A DNA stretch of 64,000 bases from contig JALOAJ010000003.1 of assembly GCA_023228885.1 (NCBI GenBank), positions 15,827-79,826 on the forward strand. The letters run 5' to 3'. This DNA is from Bacillota bacterium (GTDB taxonomy: Bacteria; Bacillota; Clostridia; Monoglobales; Firm-18). The stretch's first letter is position 1. Every line of letters starts with the position of its first letter. The translations under genes were made by a program, and so were the position numbers. The notes under the pieces were generated by a model, which ran no database searches, was not told where the DNA came from, and worked only from the letters and a program-made list of their open reading frames with translations. Shown piece after piece: positions 10,986 through 20,039 of this stretch.

Positions 10986-11081
10986 TCAGCAACTATTTAA
11001 TTTCTTGATCCAAGTTTTTGAAAACATCATCATCAAAAAATTCGATTATGGAAATACCAAGACCATCGCAAAGTTTTTTTA
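10983..11081. repeat. 99-bp direct repeat, copy 1 (3' third of XRE gene 1 plus its stop-proximal flank)
   Basis: Identical to 11288-11386 (offset 305 bp) except for one mismatch, A at 11008 versus C at 11313. Confidence 0.9.
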
Positions 11082-11235
11082 AAACAATAACACCCATATC
11101 TTTTCGATTCTTGTCAAAAATGCTGTATATGGTAGATGATGTAATTCCAGACAAATTGGCAAGGGCGTTCAATTTCAAGTTTCTTTCAGTACACAATTGA
11201 TTTAAACGAATCAGAATTGCTTTTTTTATACCCAT
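10993..11235 (-). CDS. XRE-family helix-turn-helix transcriptional regulator (80 aa)
   Basis: HTH_XRE pattern (LNALANLSGITSSTIYSIF) and C-terminal KKLCDGLGISIIEFFDDDVF. AAGGGGGG RBS upstream on the - strand. Confidence 0.85.
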   Translation of the reverse strand: MGIKKAILIRLNQLCTERNLKLNALANLSGITSSTIYSIFDKNRKDMGVIVLKKLCDGLGISIIEFFDDDVFKNLDQEIK

Positions 11236-11287
11236 AAGAAGCCCCCCTTTTTTATATTACTCAAAGTAAAGTGTTGCTATCTGACAC

Positions 11288-11386
11288 CTTTCAGCAACTA
11301 TTTAATTTCTTGCTCCAAGTTTTTGAAAACATCATCATCAAAAAATTCGATTATGGAAATACCAAGACCATCGCAAAGTTTTTTTA
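11288..11386. repeat. 99-bp direct repeat, copy 2 (3' third of XRE gene 2)
   Basis: See copy 1. Sequence upstream of the repeat within each gene (the HTH-coding part) is strongly diverged. Confidence 0.9.
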
Positions 11387-11540
11387 TTGTTGAAATAGTG
11401 GTGCTGTTATTTCTCCCACCGACAATATTATTTATTGTAGAGCGAGTGACACCGCTCATAGTGCCTAATTTGTTTATAGTAATTTTTCTTAGCGCACAGA
11501 GGTTTATAATTCTATATTTTACCGCTTCACCTATATTCAT
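11298..11540 (-). CDS. XRE-family helix-turn-helix transcriptional regulator (80 aa), paralog of 10993-11235
   Basis: HTH_XRE pattern (INKLGTMSGVTRSTINNIV). The C-terminal 28 aa are identical to the neighbour except for one D/E difference. Confidence 0.85.
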   Translation of the reverse strand: MNIGEAVKYRIINLCALRKITINKLGTMSGVTRSTINNIVGGRNNSTTISTIKKLCDGLGISIIEFFDDDVFKNLEQEIK

Positions 11541-11574
11541 AATAGCCCCCTAAAGAATAATTTGTAAATATTTT

Positions 11575-11657
11575 AACTCTTTTGAGTTCAAATTGTCGTT
11601 TCAATTGAGTTGACTTTTTCAGCATATAATTATACAATAGACTCAAACGAGTTGAAC
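11575..11657. promoter_or_regulatory. operator-like inverted repeats in the XRE/sigK intergenic region
   Basis: AACTC-tttt-GAGTT (11575-11588) and gACTC-aaac-GAGTT (11640-11653), plus an extra half-site TTGAGTTGAC (11605-11614). A possible + strand TTGACT-17-TACAAT promoter lies within the region. Confidence 0.35.
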
Positions 11658-11691
11658 TAAATTTAACTATGCTTTAACAACCATACAAGCA

Positions 11692-11739
11692 CAATTTCAA
11701 AACACCTTGCATATATTAATGTGCGGAGGTGTTTTTCTT
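11692..11739. repeat. copy B of the ~48-bp hairpin repeat
   Basis: caatttcaaaacaccttgcatatattaatgtgcggaggtgtttttctt. Copy A reads AT where copy B reads GG, and the GG creates GGAGG. Confidence 0.85.
11699..11735 (+). promoter_or_regulatory. hairpin B, overlapping the sigK Shine-Dalgarno
   Basis: AAAACACCT (11699-11707) pairs with AGGTGTTTT (11727-11735). GGAGG (11725-11729) lies partly within the 3' arm, and ATG 11741 is 11 nt downstream. Confidence 0.45.
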
Positions 11740-11740
11740 T

Positions 11741-12490
11741 ATGTTTTTAACAGTTTTAGGATTTTTGCGGCAACTTTTTTTTATGATTTCGTATATCACA
11801 AATGCGAACTCTTTTCCCAAACCCCTTAGTGCAAAAGCCGAACAGCATTATCTGACACTTTATGAACAAGGCGACGGCAACGCAAGAAATGTTTTAATAG
11901 AGCATAATTTGCGCCTTGTTGCTCATGTTGCAAAAAAATATTCAATCCCGGGCATGGATTCAGACGATTTAATTTCAATCGGCACAATAGGGCTTATAAA
12001 GGGGATAAACAGCTTTAACAGCAGCCGAGGCACACGCCTTAGCACATACATAGCGCGCTGTATTGAAAATGAAATTCTCATGTGTATACGGACGATTAAA
12101 AAAACCAAAAATGAGGTTTCTATTGAAGAACCAATCGGCTTTGATAAGGATGGAAATCAGATTACTTTTAACGATGTTTTGGGTAGCAGCGGAGATGAAA
12201 TAATAGAGCAAGTAAACGAAAAAATGGAGATACTAAAGCTATACGAGGGAATCGGGAATATTTTGGAGGGAAGGGAAAAGCAGGTGTTGGAGCTAAGATA
12301 CGGTCTTAGGGGCGGATGTGAGCTTACTCAAAAAGAGGTGGCGAAAATTTTAAATATATCACGAAGCTATGTATCAAGGATTGAAAAAAAGGCTATTGAA
12401 AGGCTTAAAAAGAAGCTGATTACCGATTGTTACGGAAATTCGGCTGCATATAATTTGCAAATGGCTAAAAAGATTGACAAAGGAATATAA
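11741..12490 (+). CDS. sigK: sporulation sigma factor, pro-sigma-K (uninterrupted)
   Basis: The N-terminus MFLTVLGFLRQLFFMIS/YITNANSFPKPLS resembles the B. subtilis pro-sigma-K leader and cleavage region (..LVFLVS/YVKNNAFPQPLS). IEHNLRLVAHVAKKY, DLISIGTIGLIKGI and CIENEILM are present, as is the region 4 HTH ISRSYVSRIEKKAI. The track ORF starts at GTG 11729. Confidence 0.85.
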   Translation: MFLTVLGFLRQLFFMISYITNANSFPKPLSAKAEQHYLTLYEQGDGNARNVLIEHNLRLVAHVAKKYSIPGMDSDDLISIGTIGLIKGINSFNSSRGTRLSTYIARCIENEILMCIRTIKKTKNEVSIEEPIGFDKDGNQITFNDVLGSSGDEIIEQVNEKMEILKLYEGIGNILEGREKQVLELRYGLRGGCELTQKEVAKILNISRSYVSRIEKKAIERLKKKLITDCYGNSAAYNLQMAKKIDKGI

Positions 12491-12530
12491 AAAAGGTAAA
12501 ATATCGGTAGCATGTTTTTAGGGGCTGTGT

Positions 12531-13229
12531 ATGAAAACAATAATTGTAATTCCGGCATACAACGAGGCTGGGTCAATAAGCGGAGTTGTGTCCTCAATAA
12601 AGGAATCCGGCTGCAATGTGGATATTGTGGTTATTAATGACGGTTCAAGCGATAATACTGCTTGTGAGGCAAGGCAAGAAGGCGTTGCCGTTGTGTCTTT
12701 GCCTGTTAATTTAGGGATTGGGGGGGCTGTTCAAACAGGATATATTTATGCCCTTCGTCATGGCTATGATTGCGCTGTGCAAATCGATGGAGACGGGCAA
12801 CATAACCCGGTCGATTTGCCCAAGCTTTTATCCCTCGTTGAAAACGGACAGGCAGACATGGCAATCGGCAGCCGTTTTGTACAGGAAACGGATTATAAGC
12901 CGCCATTTTTCCGCCATGTGGGGATAAAATACTTTTCAAATCTTGTAAAACTATTGACCGGGCAGGCTGTTTTTGACACTACGAGCGGCTATCGCGCCGT
13001 CAATAAAAAGGTGATTGAATTATTTGCAAAATATTACCCAAGCGATTATCCCGAGGTTGAAACTGTTGCATATGCGGCAAAAAACAACATGAAAATTAAA
13101 GAAGTTTCGGTCGATATGTTATATCGTGAGCAGGGGAAATCATCGATTACGCCGCTAAAATCAATTTATTATGCAATAAAGGTGACTTTTAGCCTTTTGT
13201 TTTTTAAAAAACGAGGTGGATATTCTTGA
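12531..13229 (+). CDS. glycosyltransferase family 2 (polyprenyl-phosphate sugar synthase type, GtrB/ArnC-like)
   Basis: IIVIPAYNEAGSI, VVINDGSSDNT and QIDGDGQHNP (DXD region). 232 aa. Confidence 0.85.
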   Translation: MKTIIVIPAYNEAGSISGVVSSIKESGCNVDIVVINDGSSDNTACEARQEGVAVVSLPVNLGIGGAVQTGYIYALRHGYDCAVQIDGDGQHNPVDLPKLLSLVENGQADMAIGSRFVQETDYKPPFFRHVGIKYFSNLVKLLTGQAVFDTTSGYRAVNKKVIELFAKYYPSDYPEVETVAYAAKNNMKIKEVSVDMLYREQGKSSITPLKSIYYAIKVTFSLLFFKKRGGYS

Positions 13230-13594
13230 CGATATACAGTGTAGCCATAATTACTTTGTCTATATTTATTATTTTTTCTTTTTATGCTTTTGCAAAAAGA
13301 AAGCTGGATTTTCGCTATGTTATGTTTTGGCTTGTTTTATCCGTCCTGCTTATTATTGTTTCAAGCAATGTTAATTTGCTTGAAAAAATAGCGCATTTGC
13401 TAAATGTATATTATATGCCTTCGCTCTTTTTTGCGGCAGCTTTGGTTTTTGTTTTGGCATTTATTTTTTATATCACTATATTTATAACCGGCATCACTAA
13501 AAAAATTGTAAAGCTTACTCAAGAAGTAGGGCTGCTTAAAAGAAAAATTGAAGAATATGAGGATGCTTTGCGCAAGAAGGAAAATCATATATAG
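13226..13594 (+). CDS. small membrane protein (recalls DUF2304, often paired with GT2)
   Basis: 122 aa with 3-4 TM segments and a charged C-terminal helix. The start overlaps the GT2 stop. Confidence 0.55.
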   Translation: MTIYSVAIITLSIFIIFSFYAFAKRKLDFRYVMFWLVLSVLLIIVSSNVNLLEKIAHLLNVYYMPSLFFAAALVFVLAFIFYITIFITGITKKIVKLTQEVGLLKRKIEEYEDALRKKENHI

Positions 13595-13629
13595 ACTATT
13601 CGGTTTATTATGACATTTGGAGGTAAGTA

Positions 13630-13986
13630 ATGAGCCCTTTTCTGTTTTTACTTTTATTATTAAATGTTTTGATGCTGACATCAGGTCAGCTTTGCTGGAA
13701 AATTGGTATAGAGCAAGTGGGTTTTGAATTATCGGTAGCCGGGATTTTTAAAGCGATTTTTTCTCCTTTTATATTCGGGGGGCTTATAATTTATGTTGTG
13801 GCAACGGTGCTGTGGTTTTATATTTTAAGCAAGGTGCAGCTTTCAACGGCATATCCCATACAAAGCTTGTGCTATGTGTTTACCGCTATAATAAGCGTGC
13901 TTATATTCAAAGAAAATGTAGCGTTGGTTAAATGGGCAGGGTTGCTTTTGATTACTGCCGGCGCTTTTTTGGTTTCAAGGGGGTAA
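13630..13986 (+). CDS. EamA/SMR-like 4-TM transporter (ArnE/ArnF-like candidate lipid-linked sugar flippase subunit)
   Basis: 118 aa with four hydrophobic segments. GGAGG RBS before the ATG. Context is GT2 upstream and GT-C downstream. Confidence 0.55.
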   Translation: MSPFLFLLLLLNVLMLTSGQLCWKIGIEQVGFELSVAGIFKAIFSPFIFGGLIIYVVATVLWFYILSKVQLSTAYPIQSLCYVFTAIISVLIFKENVALVKWAGLLLITAGAFLVSRG

Positions 13987-15305
13987 TTCCAATATTTTGC
14001 TCCAAAGATAAAAGCAAAGGTGTTGCAATCGTACTGACAATTATTATTTTAATATACCTTGCGCTGTGCGGCGCATACTTTATTATGCATCAAAACGAGG
14101 CAATACGAGGGAGCTTTGAAACTTTTGATAACGATGATGTTAAATATTTGCGGAGCGCTTGGGTGTTGCTTGAAACAGGCAGGTTTACATATAAAGACCC
14201 CACAGTTGATACCGTTTTTATAATGCCTGCGCTTACCGTTGCGCTTGCAGCTTTTGTTTTGATGTTTGGCGCATATCCAATCATTCAATTTAAAATTTTT
14301 CAAGCGCTTTTGGGAGCGGCATGCTTATATTTAATTTTCCTGTCGGGCAAAAAACTGTTTTCCGCCCGAATCGGGCTTGTTGGGGCTGCTCTTATGGCGG
14401 TGTATGCGCCAAGCATTTATGTAACAGGCACGCTGCTCACCGAAGGGTTTTTTTATTTTTTATTTTTGCTCACATTTTATTTTACAATATGCGCGATAGA
14501 ATCCTCGAAAATGAGGTATTACATAGCCGGAGGCTTTTTTTTGGGGCTTTCCGCCTTATTTAGACCAACCGTTGTGCCGGTGGTGCCGATTGCCGTCCTT
14601 TTTGTTTGGATTGCAAAAAAATATAAGTTTGCAGATATGGTTAAGTTTGGGTTTGCCGTTTCTTGCACCGTAATATTCGTGCTATCGCCATGGATTTTGC
14701 GAAATGCGATAATTTTCGGAGAGTTTATACCATTTACAAAAGCATCCGGCAACCCTGCATTTCAAGGCACATTCATCAATTACGACAGGTCTGTGGAGGA
14801 AACGGAAAAAATTGATTATTACCAAATAATTAAAGAAAAGTCAAACATCAAGGTTGAAAAATATGGGTTTGATGAATTGACCGATAACGCCGTAGAAAGT
14901 GAAATGACCCGTATTCGTTTTAACGAGGTTATCAAAAAAGAGCCGCTAAAGTTTTTAAAATGGTACACAGTAGGCAAAACTATCAAAAACTTTGATGAGC
15001 CTTTTTTATGGGTTAGGCTATTTAATATTTCGGCAGAAAAGCTTACTCTGCAGCACTATTTAATGCTTGCAGCAGGGTTGGCGGGGTTTTTAGCGCTTGT
15101 AATTTTCGAAAAAAACAAAGGCGTGATGCTACTGCCTGCCTTATTAATTTTTTTATTTAACGGAATATATTTACCTTTTTATTGTTTTTCACGGTATATG
15201 TTTCCGATAATATTTTGCTTTGCGCTGTATGGCGGGTATTTTATAGATAAACTTGCTTGCGCAATTGCAAATTGGTATAAAATCAAAATAAAAGCGGGGG
15301 TATAA
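13932..15305 (+). CDS. GT-C fold glycosyltransferase (family 39 / ArnT / PMT_2-like)
   Basis: 457 aa and polytopic, with an early extracytoplasmic loop containing DDVKYLRSAW. The only in-frame canonical start before Met 14088 is ATG 13932, which overlaps the upstream gene by 55 nt, so the start is uncertain. Confidence 0.65.
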   Translation: MGRVAFDYCRRFFGFKGVIPIFCSKDKSKGVAIVLTIIILIYLALCGAYFIMHQNEAIRGSFETFDNDDVKYLRSAWVLLETGRFTYKDPTVDTVFIMPALTVALAAFVLMFGAYPIIQFKIFQALLGAACLYLIFLSGKKLFSARIGLVGAALMAVYAPSIYVTGTLLTEGFFYFLFLLTFYFTICAIESSKMRYYIAGGFFLGLSALFRPTVVPVVPIAVLFVWIAKKYKFADMVKFGFAVSCTVIFVLSPWILRNAIIFGEFIPFTKASGNPAFQGTFINYDRSVEETEKIDYYQIIKEKSNIKVEKYGFDELTDNAVESEMTRIRFNEVIKKEPLKFLKWYTVGKTIKNFDEPFLWVRLFNISAEKLTLQHYLMLAAGLAGFLALVIFEKNKGVMLLPALLIFLFNGIYLPFYCFSRYMFPIIFCFALYGGYFIDKLACAIANWYKIKIKAGV

Positions 15306-15310
15306 TAAAA

Positions 15311-16174
15311 GTGGCGATAATTTTAGACGGGAAAAAACTTGCACAAAAAATTAAGGACAACCTTAAAGCGCAAACGATAAGGCTGACAGAAAAGGGTAAA
15401 ACACCCGGGCTTGCTGTAATAATAGTTGGCAACAACAGCGCAAGCCGCATTTATGTTAATTCAAAAAAACGCGCGTGCGCTGAAATAGGCATTTATTCTG
15501 AAGAATATGCTCTGCCGGAGGATACCTCGGAAAAGGAACTTTTAGAGCTTATCGAAAAACTAAATAAAAACAGCGATATTGACGGAATATTAGTTCAGCT
15601 TCCGTTGCCGGGGCACATTGATGAAAAGGCTGTTATAAACGCCATTTCACCCGGCAAAGATGTTGACGCTTTTCATCCTGTGAATGTTGGTAAAATTATG
15701 ATTGGCGATTATGATTTTTTGCCTTGCACCCCTGCCGGCGTTATTGAACTTATAAACGAAAGCGGTATCGACCTTGAAGGCAAGGAATGTGTTGTTATCG
15801 GAAGAAGTAACATAGTTGGAAAACCGATGTCGATGCTATTGTTGCATAAAAATGCAACCGTCACCATTTGCCACTCCAAAACGGTAAACCTTGCGGAAAC
15901 GGTGCGTCGTGCCGATGTTGTTGTGGCGGCGGTGGGTAGGGCTCAGCTTATAAACGGAGATATGATAAAAGAGGGGGCTGTTGTTATCGATGTGGGTATG
16001 AACCGATTGGAGGATAATACATTAGCGGGCGATGTTCATTTTGAGTCGTGCGCAAAAAAGGCTTATGCCATCACACCTGTGCCGGGCGGGGTTGGTCCTA
16101 TGACAATAGCAATGCTTATGAAAAACACAGTAAAAAGCGCAAGCTTGGCATGTAGCAGGGGTGGGGTAGAGTGA
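15311..16174 (+). CDS. folD: bifunctional methylenetetrahydrofolate dehydrogenase/cyclohydrolase
   Basis: ILDGKKLA, GILVQLPLP, DVDAFHP, CTPAGV, VVIGRSNIVGKP and PVPGGVGPMT motifs. Confidence 0.95.
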   Translation: MAIILDGKKLAQKIKDNLKAQTIRLTEKGKTPGLAVIIVGNNSASRIYVNSKKRACAEIGIYSEEYALPEDTSEKELLELIEKLNKNSDIDGILVQLPLPGHIDEKAVINAISPGKDVDAFHPVNVGKIMIGDYDFLPCTPAGVIELINESGIDLEGKECVVIGRSNIVGKPMSMLLLHKNATVTICHSKTVNLAETVRRADVVVAAVGRAQLINGDMIKEGAVVIDVGMNRLEDNTLAGDVHFESCAKKAYAITPVPGGVGPMTIAMLMKNTVKSASLACSRGGVE

Positions 16175-16707
16175 AGATACCCACAAAGGAAATAGCCGTT
16201 ATTGCCCTTTTTACTGCGGTAATGGTGATATTTTCGCAAATTGCCGTGCCTATTCCCATCTCACCCGTTCCAATAACGCTTTCGATATTTGCGGTGTTTT
16301 TAATATCTACCTTGCTTGGGCATAAAAGCGCAACCGTTGTTCAGGTTGTCTATCTGCTTCTTGGGATAATAGGAGCGCCTGTTTTTAATGGCTTTACGGG
16401 TGGTATCGGAAAGGTGTTCGGGCCGACTGGCGGGTATATAATGTCTTACATACCGATGTCTTATGTAATGGGTTTGCTCGTTTTTAAATATAGCATGACA
16501 AAATATTTTCAGATGGTTTTTGCAATGCTGATAGGGCTTGTAATTTGTTATTCCCTGGGAACGGCATGGCTTATGGCGTCAACCGGCATGAATTTTACAA
16601 AAGCAGTTTATGCGGCGGTTTTACCCTTTGCGCCGCTTGATATTATTAAAATATTTGCAGCGGCGGGTCTTTCCCATTCAATCAGAAAGCGGCTTGTAAT
16701 AGCATAA
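16171..16707 (+). CDS. bioY: biotin transporter S component BioY
   Basis: 178 aa with 5-6 TM segments and PITLQ-like SPVPITLSIFAVFL...GPTGGYI. The GTG overlaps the folD stop (GTGA). Confidence 0.8.
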   Translation: MKIPTKEIAVIALFTAVMVIFSQIAVPIPISPVPITLSIFAVFLISTLLGHKSATVVQVVYLLLGIIGAPVFNGFTGGIGKVFGPTGGYIMSYIPMSYVMGLLVFKYSMTKYFQMVFAMLIGLVICYSLGTAWLMASTGMNFTKAVYAAVLPFAPLDIIKIFAAAGLSHSIRKRLVIA

Positions 16708-16734
16708 ATATTCCTTTAGACAGGCGGTGTTACC

Positions 16735-17250
16735 ATGCATTTGAATGATGTTCAAATAAGGCTTATAATATTGTATGCTCTAAAATCATTTAGGGTTTCC
16801 ATGTCGGTGGAAAATTTACAAGAGGTTTTGGTGCAAACCCAAATACTTGATTACTTCACAATGATGGATTTTGTATTCGATATGCAAAAGATGGGCATGA
16901 TAGAAACCGTTGATATTGAAGGAAAAAAATGCTATGACATAACCGAAAAGGGGGAGGAGCTTACCTCAATGTTTGATGACAAAATCCCCCTTAGCATTAG
17001 GGAAAACATCCTTGATTACGGTGAGGCGATTGTTAAAAATATTGGGCGCGAGCATGAAATAGTTGCCGATATAGTGGCTGTTGATGTGAGAAAGTTTTTG
17101 GCGCGCTGCGGTATATATGATATGGGCACACCCCTTTTAGAGATAAATGTTTTTGCGGGCAGCAGAAAAAATGCAGAGGAAATAGCGGCGCGGTTTAAAA
17201 AAGACGCCGCACAGCTTTATAAAATAATTTTAGAAAAAATTATAGAATAA
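16735..17250 (+). CDS. hypothetical protein, probable winged-helix (recalls DUF4364)
   Basis: 171 aa. N-terminus QIRLIILYALKSF.. has a PadR-like flavour. The family assignment is from memory only. Confidence 0.45.
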   Translation: MHLNDVQIRLIILYALKSFRVSMSVENLQEVLVQTQILDYFTMMDFVFDMQKMGMIETVDIEGKKCYDITEKGEELTSMFDDKIPLSIRENILDYGEAIVKNIGREHEIVADIVAVDVRKFLARCGIYDMGTPLLEINVFAGSRKNAEEIAARFKKDAAQLYKIILEKIIE

Positions 17251-17257
17251 AAAAACA

Positions 17258-17286
17258 TTGCGTTTTTAAAGTTCTTTTGATATAAT
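17258..17286 (+). promoter_or_regulatory. sigma-A type promoter for guaB
   Basis: TTGCGT (17258-17263), 17-nt spacer, TATAAT (17281-17286). Confidence 0.5.
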
Positions 17287-17337
17287 TTTTTAAATATGAT
17301 GGTGTTGCCTGACTGTTTAGTATTACCAAAACAATAA

Positions 17338-19743
<2,406 letters not shown>

Positions 19744-19766
<23 letters not shown>

Positions 19767-19869
19767 CAGGCTCATCCTTAAAAATAAAGTCATCTAAATC
19801 CTCTTTTTGAATTTGCTTGGAGTTCTTTTCTTCTTTTTTAAGATTTTGAACTTCCTTCTTTTTTGACAT
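19744..19869 (-). CDS. candidate 41-aa Lys/Glu-rich small protein (not in the ORF track)
   Basis: My translation is MSKKKEVQNLKKEEKNSKQIQKEDLDDFIFKDEPAKTHSDR. GGGGGTG lies 8 nt upstream of the ATG, and a perfect TATAAT sits about 35 nt further upstream on the - strand. The 3' end overlaps dusB by 23 nt. Confidence 0.35.
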
Positions 19870-19954
19870 GATAATCACCCCCTGTTAGGATAGTATGTAT
19901 TATATGCTTTTTTAACGAAAAGAATGACTGTTTCCTACTATTGTGTAACAAATA

Positions 19955-19983
19955 TTGATAATATGCCTTATTGGTGTTATTAT
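19955..19983 (+). promoter_or_regulatory. possible sigma-A promoter for the 20040 gene
   Basis: TTGATA (19955-19960), 17-nt spacer, TATTAT (19978-19983). Confidence 0.35.
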
Positions 19984-20039
19984 AATAACAAGGATATTTA
20001 TTTATAAGGATGAAAACCTAAATTATCAGAGGGATACAT

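Noticed and set aside
11741-12490. skin-like intervening element inside sigK
   Set aside because: The ORF is continuous from the pro-sequence through region 4.2, so there is no interruption. Only the upstream region shows signs of insertion.
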